A program made the translations under genes and the position numbers. Positions 23,886 to 34,075 of a stretch of 64,000 nt of DNA are shown in pieces (within the stretch, counting starts at the first letter, position 1; each line of letters starts with the position of its first letter). Source of the stretch: Trypanosoma brucei (lineage: Eukaryota); contig CP000067.1 of NCBI GenBank assembly GCA_000002445.1, positions 448,001 to 512,000 of the forward strand, given 5' to 3'. The notes below the pieces were generated by a model that did not search any database, was not told where the DNA came from, and worked only from the letters and a program-made list of their open reading frames with translations.

Positions 23886-24079
23886 ATCTCCGCCTCACTT
23901 CACTTCACTTCACTTCACTTCACTCTCTTTTCTTTTCTTTTCTTTTTTTTCTTTTTCTTTTTTGCATGTTAAATATTGCCGCAAAACATTTTACAATACG
24001 ACATGAACTCACAAATATATACACATACAAAAAAAAAGAAAAGAAAAGAAAAGAAAAGAGAGTGAAGTGAAGTGAAGTG
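23886..24079. repeat. Imperfect inverted repeat (~50-nt arms, ~65-nt spacer) built from (CACTT)n plus (TTTTC)n
   Basis: The left arm 23886-23963 reads cacttcacttcacttcacttcacttcactctcttttcttttcttttctttttttt. The right arm 24029-24079 reads aaaaaaaaagaaaagaaaagaaaagaaaagagagtgaagtgaagtgaagtg, its reverse complement with different repeat counts. The ORF track confirms it: the peptide SLHFTLFSFLFF is encoded on both strands. Confidence 0.85.
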
Positions 24080-25083
24080 GGAGCGCGCGTAATTTTTTTT
24101 TTTAAAAACAACAAAAAAAGAAGGAATGAATGAAATAAGTGATGCACAAATGAGTGGAGATATGCTTGCGTCTGCGTCTGCACGAGGAGAGAGAAAAAAG
24201 TGCCACAAAAAGAAAAAAAGAAAGAGAAGAAAACTATGCTCGACCCTGATACGAAATGGAAAATAAATAAATAAATATTGAAGAGACACGAAGATACATA
24301 TACATGACGGCATAAATACATGAATACATACATAAATATAAATATACACAGACGCAATACAACATAGCAAATGCCTCAAAACGGAGATGCAAGAGACAAG
24401 AGTAAAACAAGCAAAAGAAAAAAAAAGAAAAAAGAAAAAAGAAAAAAAAGGAAGCACCGCCTCAGATTTTGTTATTTTAGGTTCGATTTCCTTTTCTCTT
24501 CTTGTCTTTCTTAAATTATTTCTTTTGGACTCTTGTCAGTTTCGCATGGCATTTGTGATCGGCACGTTGCGGAGGCGTTTTCATACGGATGTACAACAAA
24601 AACTCCCCTCCCCTCCCCTCCGCACACGCATCCAAATGTATATGTGTACATAAATTTTTATGTACAAATATATTTTACCAGTCTGTTCTTCTTTTCTTTT
24701 CTTTCTCCTTTTCTTTTTCTTTTTCTTTTCTTTTTCTTTTCCCTTTCTCTTCTTGTCGTGCAGTAACGGGAATAAATAATACAAGAAAGGAAGGATGATG
24801 CCTCGACAGATGATCAACAATAGCAAAAAAATAACAGAAAGCGGAGACGGGGAATAAAACAAAACAATCAAACGTTAATCCTTCACCTATTCTTCCATCA
24901 AATCCCACGTCCCCTACTTCCGTTTTTTTTTCATTTTTTTTTTCTGCTCTGCCTGATGCATTTTCCCCCATCTGTTTCCATTATTTTTTTTTTCCTTAGA
25001 AAAAAGAACCGCTGTGGCGGTAGTGACGCTACTACGAAAACGAAAAAGAAAAAAAAAGGCAGGTAAAACATCTGTACAAAAAC

Positions 25084-26004
25084 CTAGTCATCCCTTCGAC
25101 TACCAATAGGATCTAAAACTTGTAGCCCATTGGCTTGTATGGAGGAACGCCCAGACTCGCATCGCCTACCATTCCCTTGACTACTAGACCTCTCACAACT
25201 TGTTGAAGTGGTTTGTTTGCTCAATGGCGTCATCGCCCGCTTTATTGTTGTCTTCGAGGGTGTCGCAATACTTCGTCCATCATTGCTGCAACTTTTTCCA
25301 GTACCGCCGAGACTGAGTTTCTTTTCTTTCCTTCCACATGAAAGTGGTGTATTTGTCCTCAACACAAGTGTCGCCTCCGTATCCCGAATGGCAATTGTGC
25401 TACTGCTAAGCTTTGGAGCTGGTGAGTTGCCAGGTTGCTCATGACCGGTTCTACTAAGAGGTGCTGTGCTGCGACCACTTGATTTCTGTCCCTCTGCGCC
25501 TAAAGGGGGAAGGGCACAATTATGGCTAATATCTTTCCCTCCTCGTGGGGGTGGTGTGATGTTTTGGGGAAGTGGTAACAACGACGGAACGACGACACGC
25601 GGTGAGCTCATTGCATTGGGACCGTAACGTACCCACGTGTTCGATAACCCGCTGTCGGATGAATACCCAACACCACACTCGTCACATGTGGACGCCGCTG
25701 AATCCTTTCCTCGAAGTTTTGCGCTGAGATCACGCAGGGGGCTGACATTTTTCATCCGTACCTCCGAGCGCGGACTGCTGGTACAACTCCCTCCAGCATT
25801 TACCATTGCGAGAATTGCACTGGAGCCTGCTGGAGTTGTTGCGCCGTGTTCACTGCGATTATGTGGGGATGAGAGCGTTGTTTGAAGATGAGGCACCAAA
25901 TCACTGTCAAGACGCACACCTCGCAAAAGCAACTCATCCTCCCATGTGATGCTGGAAACACGCGTCTTACCAGCCATGCCATCAGGACTATGCTGTCGCA
26001 GCAT
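25084..26004 (-). CDS. Hypothetical Ser/Pro-rich protein (306 aa)
   Basis: Long ATG-initiated ORF (CAT 26002-26004) on the coding strand of the unit. It is low-complexity and S/T/P/G rich, with no recognisable domain. Confidence 0.45.
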   Translation of the reverse strand: MLRQHSPDGMAGKTRVSSITWEDELLLRGVRLDSDLVPHLQTTLSSPHNRSEHGATTPAGSSAILAMVNAGGSCTSSPRSEVRMKNVSPLRDLSAKLRGKDSAASTCDECGVGYSSDSGLSNTWVRYGPNAMSSPRVVVPSLLPLPQNITPPPRGGKDISHNCALPPLGAEGQKSSGRSTAPLSRTGHEQPGNSPAPKLSSSTIAIRDTEATLVLRTNTPLSCGRKEKKLSLGGTGKSCSNDGRSIATPSKTTIKRAMTPLSKQTTSTSCERSSSQGNGRRCESGRSSIQANGLQVLDPIGSRRDD

Positions 26005-26120
26005 GGCAAGTCACTACCTTCTACACGAACTGCTAATCAACCTCTTTGTTTTCTATATGCTTGTCCCGCTCATAGATGCAATGTCAAACAAAGCAAAGAA
26101 AGATAAGGAAATGATGTGCA

Positions 26121-26121
26121 C

Positions 26122-26172
<51 letters not shown>
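26121..26172. repeat. Compound (TA)n(TG)n microsatellite
   Basis: tatatatatatatatatatatatatatatatgtgtgtgtgtgtgtgtgtg read directly. Confidence 0.85.
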
Positions 26173-26725
26173 AGGGAGGAGGGAGCGAAACGATACAAAA
26201 CGAATTGGCAGTGGCAAGTGGCAAGTGACCGAAGAACTGTAATGGGAAGTTACGCGAATTTTGTTTTATAGACAAAACAAAAAAGAAACAGCGGATGCCA
26301 ATTGCGCACATGCAAAAGGCGTATCGAATAGAGTAAGCCCCACATAACAATAACAAAAAGAAGGGAAGAGGGCCACAGGAACAGAAAGAACAAAATGCGG
26401 CTCACCGCCAGGTGTGTAGGCAGCCGGTTCCTTCTCTACCCTCTCTCTTTTATTCGATCCCTTCCCTTCTTTTCTCTCCTTTTATTTGTGCTTCCCTTAT
26501 TCCCATTTAAACTTCAAGACTTGCATCTCTGCTCAAGAAACGTCGTGTACGAAGTGGACAAGAGTAAACACATCACTTTACATGGGAAAATGTAATGGTA
26601 ACATACACAGTAGGAGTCACGGAAGACGGCGGTACATAAACTTCCCCGAAGCAGGCCGCTCTCCCCCACAAGGAAGATATTATGTGCGCGTCAAGTGAAA
26701 AAGACAATACGCAATCATCATTGAG

Positions 26726-27400
26726 CTAATAATCCTCCTCTTCCTCTTCATTCTCTTCCGCTTCTTCTTCCCTCGCACGTCTCCTCGCCTCGCGCCGCCT
26801 CTCACGCTCTAATCGCCGCTTCTCCATTCGTTTCGCCTCGTCGTATTCCTTCATAATAGTGTTGCGGCGAATAACAGCATTCTGCAATACTGCCTCCCAT
26901 TTCGCCGTGGAACTCCCTTCCGCAATCAGACGTGGCGCATTTAAATCATCCGAATCCTTTACAATCTTTCCCTGTACAAAAAACAACATGCAGGGGGTGC
27001 TGCGAACTTCTAAAAACAATAACAGCTCTACGAGCATCTCATATGCCTGTCTGTGCAACTCTTGCTTCTGCACCTTACTGGGTGGGCGCTTCGTAGCAAT
27101 ATACACCGGATCCTTTTCAATAAGTTGCTGAATATTTGTTCGCTCCTCAGGGACAAGAGCGACATTAAAATACCGCACGCGCCGGGTTTGGTGACGGTCC
27201 CGCAGCACAAAACGTTCCTTCACGAGTGGTAACAGTTTGGCGCTGTGTGGACATAAGAAAGTCGTAACTACCAGCGCACAGAGAGCCTCGGGTTCCCCCA
27301 CCACATGTGTCTCAAAATCCTCTTTGCTCAGCAGCGTGACGAACCGCTTGGTTAATTCGTCAACGGAGGAGGCCTCACTATCACGGTCAAGGTCAGACAT
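26726..27400 (-). CDS. Hypothetical conserved protein (224 aa) with charged coiled-coil C-terminus
   Basis: ATG-initiated (CAT 27398-27400). The N-terminal ~150 aa is globular and non-repetitive (possibly a thioredoxin-like fold: ..ALCALVVTTFLCPHSAKLLPLVKERF..). The C-terminal region is RRE-rich (ERERRREARRRAREEEAEENEEEEEDY). Confidence 0.5.
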   Translation of the reverse strand: MSDLDRDSEASSVDELTKRFVTLLSKEDFETHVVGEPEALCALVVTTFLCPHSAKLLPLVKERFVLRDRHQTRRVRYFNVALVPEERTNIQQLIEKDPVYIATKRPPSKVQKQELHRQAYEMLVELLLFLEVRSTPCMLFFVQGKIVKDSDDLNAPRLIAEGSSTAKWEAVLQNAVIRRNTIMKEYDEAKRMEKRRLERERRREARRRAREEEAEENEEEEEDY

Positions 27401-27668
27401 GGCGCGTAAATGATGAATCTATGCCTTTCACACGCCTTCTTCAAATATATATATATACGTGTGTGCGTGAGAGAGAGAGAGCATTTCATTATATATATAT
27501 ATATATATATAAGAAGGTATACGAAATACTTTACAGAGGAAATGATGATATGGTCAACCGTCAATCTGTCCAACTTTTGTTTTCCTCCTTTAAAACGAAT
27601 TGGATTTTGCAGCTTCAGTATAATAAGTTTACTGATATGAAACACTGACCCTTTCCATGAGGTTCCCT

Positions 27669-27725
27669 TCAGTCATTGTTCTCTCTTCCACGTCCCGTGA
27701 ATGTGGAAGAGAGAACAATGACTGA
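27669..27725. repeat. Perfect palindrome / hairpin: 23-bp stem, 11-nt loop
   Basis: tcagtcattgttctctcttccac (27669-27691), loop gtcccgtgaat, then gtggaagagagaacaatgactga (27703-27725), which is the exact reverse complement. It lies in non-repetitive DNA between the Bud23 stop (28192) and the next gene's ATG (27400). Confidence 0.9.
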
Positions 27726-28191
27726 AACACAACACTGGGAAGTTCTCACACATACTCCGCTATGAAAGGAAACAACAACAAAAAAGGCTAAACGGAAACT
27801 TTTGCCTGACTGCATCAGATAAAAACAGCCAGACCATCCATCCAGCATTCATCCTTTAAACAGAATACAATGTAGTCACCTTCCCTCACCACTATATGTA
27901 TATATCTTTTATATTTCTTTTACCTCTTTTGTTATACGCTGCTTACATCTTTTAATCGAATATTCACTTGGGTGTGAGGGCCTAAATTGCTAGCGAAAAA
28001 GGGAAATGTACTTCACAGTTTGAAGAAAAGCACTTGTAACCCACACAGACAATTTCTTTATTCAATCCCCCACCTTTCCTCAAGATATCATCAACATGTA
28101 GTGTGCTGGAAAGTGACGAGTGTGTTGAGTGCTTGCTTTCAGATGTTCAGACAGAGAACCAAAGAGAGACAGCGATAAGTGCGGAAACCAA

Positions 28192-29331
28192 CTAAAAACG
28201 GGGTCGCCGCCTTCGCATGGTGTATTTTGTGTCTTCTGATGTTTTAAGGCCAAACTTGCGCCGCTCCGCCTTCTTAAGAAGAACCCACTCCTTCGTTCCA
28301 GTTACGGGACGATTGTCCTTTCGGCGACGTGCACCCGCCTGCCGCCCTCCATGACTACGCGACCGCTTGTGTGCCACTCGACCCCCCACGCGGGCCCCAA
28401 ATCGTTGTCCCTCATCATTTTCCTCCTCACCTTCTTCTTCTCCATCCTCTTCCTCACATTCCTCCTCCTCTTCCACCTCTTCACCTCCTTCATTGCAGAC
28501 AGAGAGTGGACGTGGAGGCATAAAACCACCCGCTACTTGGCCGGCTTGCACGACAAGGTAATGTTTCTTCGCTTTTGTGCTATGAGGAAAGTCTACCACG
28601 ACACCACCAGAGAAACCACATAGCATGGCGGCTCTCGTGATCATATGCAGTTGTTCAACGTTAGCAGGGTAAAACTGAATTGCAGCCTTCGCCCCACGGC
28701 GGAGGGCATTGTAGAGGCATTGGAAAAGAGCACGCAACCGTCTTTGTGGAACTTGGCCGCGGCGGTCACTTTGACAAAGCCACTGCACGGCAGAAATTGA
28801 GACGGCACCATCAAATGCACCCGGGCGGAAGGGAAGTCCCTCACCCATATCTCCTCGCATGACCTCAACTATCGATGGTCCCGGTGGAAGAACAGCTTCA
28901 GCCTCATTTCCATCGCCGTCAGTGCTGTCATGGTCATCATTCTCATTCTCATTCTCATTTTCATCATGAATTGGACCCCAACGCACATCTCGCAAGTCCA
29001 CACCTTCTATTGGTCCCTCATCCTCCTTTTCATCATCTTCCCGCATTAATTCCTCTGAAGCCTTTGCCATTCCGAGCATATCCGTACTAATATCAATCCC
29101 AATCCATGTATGGCCACACTCTCGCAAAACTTCACCACTTAATCCACTACCGCACCCAACGTCGAGGAGCAGCGCCGGACACCCACTTGGAAGTGCGAGG
29201 AGCTCCAGCGCCCGCCGTGTCATGGCTCGTTGAACCATTTGTACGCGGCCGCTACGAGTGTAGCGCTGAGCCCCATCAGCATTGTAAAGAATATCGGGTG
29301 GTGCCTCAAATTCGGGACGTGTTGGCGGCAT
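28192..29331 (-). CDS. BUD23: 18S rRNA (guanine-N7)-methyltransferase Bud23/WBSCR22-like
   Basis: N-terminal PPDILYNADGAQRYTRSGRVQMVQRAMTRRALELLALPSG..LLLDVGCGSGLSGEVL..GHTWIGIDIS matches Bud23, a class I SAM methyltransferase (motif I: DVGCGSG). The basic C-terminal tail is typical of Bud23. Two acidic low-complexity insertions are present. ATG confirmed (CAT 29329-29331). Confidence 0.85.
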   Translation of the reverse strand: MPPTRPEFEAPPDILYNADGAQRYTRSGRVQMVQRAMTRRALELLALPSGCPALLLDVGCGSGLSGEVLRECGHTWIGIDISTDMLGMAKASEELMREDDEKEDEGPIEGVDLRDVRWGPIHDENENENENDDHDSTDGDGNEAEAVLPPGPSIVEVMRGDMGEGLPFRPGAFDGAVSISAVQWLCQSDRRGQVPQRRLRALFQCLYNALRRGAKAAIQFYPANVEQLHMITRAAMLCGFSGGVVVDFPHSTKAKKHYLVVQAGQVAGGFMPPRPLSVCNEGGEEVEEEEECEEEDGEEEGEEENDEGQRFGARVGGRVAHKRSRSHGGRQAGARRRKDNRPVTGTKEWVLLKKAERRKFGLKTSEDTKYTMRRRRPRF

Positions 29332-29399
29332 TCTTCTTTTCGAATCGTGTTCCTATTTTATTGTGACCGTTTCCTCAACAAATAATTTAGCTTCACCCG

Positions 29400-29412
29400 C
29401 CCCCCCCCCCCC
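29400..29412. repeat. Homopolymer C13 (G13 on coding strand), ~70 nt upstream of the Bud23 ATG
   Basis: Read directly. Similar G/C homopolymers of 11 or more occur at ~4965-4977, ~18908-18918 and ~54688-54702. Confidence 0.8.
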
Positions 29413-30740
29413 TCTTTCCCGTCCTTATTTAACCACTATCTATCTCCCACTTGATGAAGCTACTCCTTGAAGTTGTGTGTGTGTGTTTTAAAAACACAAA
29501 AAAAAACAACAGCAGTTCCCCTGTGAGCAGAAACCAAAACTGTAAAATATGGCGGGACTAAAGGACCTTCCCACCCACCCCCCCTTTTCCTCTGAGCTGA
29601 ATTATTACCCAGCACATCATTAAAATGAAATGAAAAATAAAAAAAAATAAAACAAGAGGCACCGAAAAAAGAGTGGAAAAAAAAGAAGAAAAGAAAAGAG
29701 AATGATAAACAACATCAAGTGATGAAAGTACACATGAGTATTCCTTTTTGTTTTACTGTTTTACTTTTATTTCATGCTCCGTCGTCTCCCTTTTTGTTTG
29801 TAAGCGAAAAAGAAAAAAAGAACACATTTCGAGGTCGCGCCTCACGGGATCGTCGAAACACGAGAGGAAAGAAGGAAAACAAAAACCGTGTAAATCAAAA
29901 GGGAAAAGCAAAAAAAAAAAGAAATGAGTAAACAAACCCCAAACACACACGTAAATAAAGAAACTGTAGAGAGGGAAAGAAAAAAAAAAGGATCTGGGGA
30001 ACGAATCGAAATAAAGGTACAACAACTAATAAAAAAGATGAAATGGGAAAAGAAGTGGAACAACGAAGAACCGAATAAGAAAAGAGAAACTGGAACAAAA
30101 AAGAGAGTGTTGCGTACTGGAATCGGTAAACGGCGGTAAAACATAAAACAAAACGCGTAAAAGTAATAACGAAAGCACAGCAGAAGCAACAACATCAAAA
30201 CAACAAGAAGCAAAACTAATATCAGTTCCTCCTTTTCTTTTTAAATCTTTTCCTCGCACACTCCCCCCCCTTCCCTCACTGCTACTATTTTTGTTATTGT
30301 TGTAATAATCTTCTCACCCCAACTTTCCTTTTTTTTTCTCTCTCTCTCTCTTCTTCTTTTCCTTTGAAGTTTCTTTTTTTTTTTTATTTTGTCTATTTTC
30401 TCTCTTTTGTTTTGACTTTCCCTTTTTTTCTTTTTTCATACGTATGTGCCTTTGCGTCATGAGAGAAATGTCCTTCATGACGGCTGCTTTTCCACCTCCT
30501 TATATTTCATTTTCTTTTTTTTTACTTTTAAAAGTCCAGCACCATCACCAACACAATAATTAGCAACACAACTAATAATAATAATAATTATTATTATTAT
30601 TAATATAATCAACAACAACAATATCATCAACATCATCATCATCATCATCACTGCTGCTACCGGCGTGTAACACATCCCTTTCTTTTCTTTTCTCCTTTTT
30701 GTTTTTTCTTTTTCTTTTTTCTATTCATATATCCATATAT

Positions 30741-30743
<3 letters not shown>

Positions 30744-30785
<42 letters not shown>
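30744..30785. repeat. (TA)n microsatellite, ~21 units
   Basis: Direct reading of atatat... across 30744-30785. It lies within the 8.4 kb gene-free tract. Confidence 0.9.
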
Positions 30786-30789
<4 letters not shown>

Positions 30790-33700
30790 TTATTATTATT
30801 TTGAAAATTTCTTTTTTCTTCTTTCCCCCTCTTTTTTTTATTCACAATCTTCCTTTTCTTCCTATCACTATCCCTAAACTTGACACATTTCCTTTCAAGT
30901 ATAAAACCCTATTTTTCCTTTTTTGTTTTTAAGAAAAAAAAAATTTCCCCTCCTTTTCCCTTTACACACCCTTTGCATATCCCACAAAAAGAAAATAAAA
31001 GATAAAAGATAAATAATAATTAAAACAAAACAACACAACAGCAGCAAAGAAGGAAGGAATAAAAAAAAAAAAAGAGAAAAAAGAGAGTTGTTTTCACTTC
31101 TTTTTTTCTTTCTTTTTTTCTTTCTTTTTTTCTTTCTTTTTTTTTTAATTATTTTTTCTTTTTTTTCCTTTGCTTTGCTTTGTCACCATCACAAAAAAAA
31201 AAAGCAAAACAACAGTTACCATCGCTATCATCATAACCGCGGCCAACTTGCTGCCACGTGGTGGAGAATATTAACAACAGGCTCTAAATGATAATAATGA
31301 AGCGTGTGTAACCGTAAGGGTAAAGGAAGCAGGTAAAAATTAAAAAAAAAACAAACAAACAAACAAACACAACTTCCGTTGATGTTCTTTCATTTGTTCA
31401 TCATTTTGCTAATGTTTCACTTCTAATTCATTTCTCCGGCTGCCATTTTCAGTAGTCTTTTTATTTTAAGTCCTCATAAGCTTCGCCCTTTTCTTTTTTC
31501 TTTTCTTTTTTTTCTTGCCTTTTTTGTTGGTTTGGTTCTAATATCCCTCTGCAACAACATACAGTTATTATTGTTATTATTATTGTTGTTGTTGTTGTTG
31601 TTTTCCCCCATCTCTCTCTCTCCTGAAATAAGTGAGTTTCTCACCAACGCAAGACAAAAAAAAAAAAGAAAAAAAAAGTGAAAAATGAAAATGAAGGAAA
31701 CAACAACTTTTCCTCCATGATGTAAAAGGAAAAGAGCCGTAAACAAAGGTTTAGGAAATTGTAAAAATAAATACAAACAAAAAAAATTTACCGATGGTTT
31801 ACACCAATTTCCTCATAAAAACTTAAAAAACAAAACAATAAAAGAAAAGAAAAGAAAAGAAAAAAAGAAAACACGTCTGGAGGAATCTTCATGCATCTCC
31901 CTTCAGCCAATGTTACACAACCTCTTTCTCTTCTTCATTTTATCACTTCTGTAAAAAAAAAAAAAACAACAATCGATTACGTCTTTTTTTCTTTTTTTCT
32001 TTCTTTCTTTTTTTCTTTTTTTGATTCTCTTTTTATTATTTTTGTTGCTGTTAAATCTTTTTTTTTCCTCTTTCTCTCTCTCTCTCTTTTTTTTTATTGT
32101 ATTTTGGCTCTTTAAGTCATTTTATTTCTCTTGTCATGTACTTCTATGGTTTAAAGCAGAAACAAAGAAACAAATCTCAAAACACACTTGTTTCATTTTC
32201 TTTATGGATATGTAAATTTCACTTGAAAACAACAAAACAAAACAAAACAAAAAATAATAATTATTATTATTATTACAGAAACAAAATAAAAACAATAAAA
32301 ATAAGGAAAACTAACATCATGACAAATCGCTCACACAACTCCCTCATCCCCTCCCGAATATCTTTTTCCCTTCCCTTCCCTTCGCTTTTCTTTTCTCTTT
32401 TTTTTTCTTTTTTCCTTTCCTTTTTTTTCCTCTCAACGGAAATGTACGTGCAATCTGTGCAACATTTAAATAAATTTAAGTATAAATAAATATATAAATA
32501 TAAATATATATTTCATATTTCATACAGATCACCACCGCCCTAAAACAATAATAACAACGAATAATAAAAATTAAAAAATGATGATCCTTCGGCATACCCA
32601 AACACAAAACGAAAGTTCCCCATCGTTTTCTTTTCATTTGTTTTCATTTCTTTCCTGTGCTTTATTTGTTATTTATTTATTTTAGTCCCTAGTATATATA
32701 TATATATATATATATAATAAAAGCAAACACAGTTAAGTGGAAATAACGATATAATAAAACAAACAAATGAGTGAAACAAAAAAGGGGAAAAGCAATGAAA
32801 GGCGCGAATCGCGGACCGAATATAAAATAACGGTAAAACAAATGACCACAAATTGTCTCGTTTTATTTTCTTTCCCTTTCAAAAAAAAAATAAAAATAAA
32901 TAATAAAATCTGTGCTTTTTCAAAGGAAAAGAAAAAAACAGAAAGGGTTGATGAAGAAGAGTAAACGGAGAGGAAAAAAACCCAACGAAAAGATGTAAAA
33001 ATAATAATATATAATATATATAATATATATATATATATATTTATATTTATTTATTTATGGGGAGAAAATTTTTTTAAAGAAAAAGAAAAAGAAAAAAAAA
33101 GAAGGCAAGAATGAGGGGGGAAAAAATATATACCAAAAGGCGACTGATTTTTTTTTCCCCGCTCCTCCTCCTTTTTTTAAATTTTATTTTAATTTTCACA
33201 ACACAACACAAAAACCCAACCGATGCTACCGGAAGTCAAAACCAACTCATGAGGGACCAAACAAGCACAAATAAAAAAGGGACATATTCATATATTTTTA
33301 AAACAAAAAAACAAAAATTCCTTCTTTGATTTTATAAGGAAGAATTTGTATTTTGTGTTGCTGTTGTGTATATGTTTTGACGATGATGCGTAAATGTATA
33401 AAATAATACATACATATATATATTTATATATTTATTTATTTATTTGTATTAATTGGTTTTGTTGTTGTTTTGCACTGCACCGTACAGTTGAGAGGAAGTG
33501 GAGGAGGAAAAACAAAAAGGGAAATGGGGAAGACAAACAAACAAACAAACATAACTTTTCTCCAAAAAATTCGTTTTTGGAATTTAAAAAAAATGTGTTT
33601 GCAGGAGTAAGATTAAAAATGGGAGAAATGTGTAACGAAGGTGGGGGGAAAAATACTTCTCTTCTCTTCTTTCCTTTTCCTTTTCCTTTTCCTTTTTTTA

Positions 33701-34020
33701 TTATTTTTGAAAAGTTCACGCATCCATCCATCCATCCATCTGTTATTTTTATTGCTATTATTGTTATTATTATTATTATCATATTTGCACTAGAATCTCT
33801 TTTTTTTTTTCATCTTTGTTTGTGGTTTCATTTTATCCCATGCACGCATAGCCACGCGTTTTACTTCATTTAACTTTAGTTTTTTTTTATTTATTTTCCT
33901 TTTCCTTTTTATTTGCATTATTATTATTATTATGACATTCCCCCCCCCCCACACACACACACACAAATATCCATTCCTTGGTAGTTTCATGTGCAAATGC
34001 GCCCATGGGAAAATAATAAC

Positions 34021-34027
34021 AATAATG

Positions 34028-34073
<46 letters not shown>
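34021..34073. repeat. (AAT)n microsatellite, ~16 units
   Basis: aataatgataataataataataataataataataataataataataataataa read directly. The ORF track shows a poly-Ile/poly-Leu/poly-Tyr artefact here. Confidence 0.9.

Positions 34074-34075
<2 letters not shown>

Noticed and set aside
30744-30785. Possibility that the regularly spaced simple repeats represent a CRISPR array or other prokaryotic repeat system.
   Set aside because: The repeats are mono-, di- and trinucleotide microsatellites without unique spacers, and the locus is clearly eukaryotic (kinetoplastid) in gene content and organisation.
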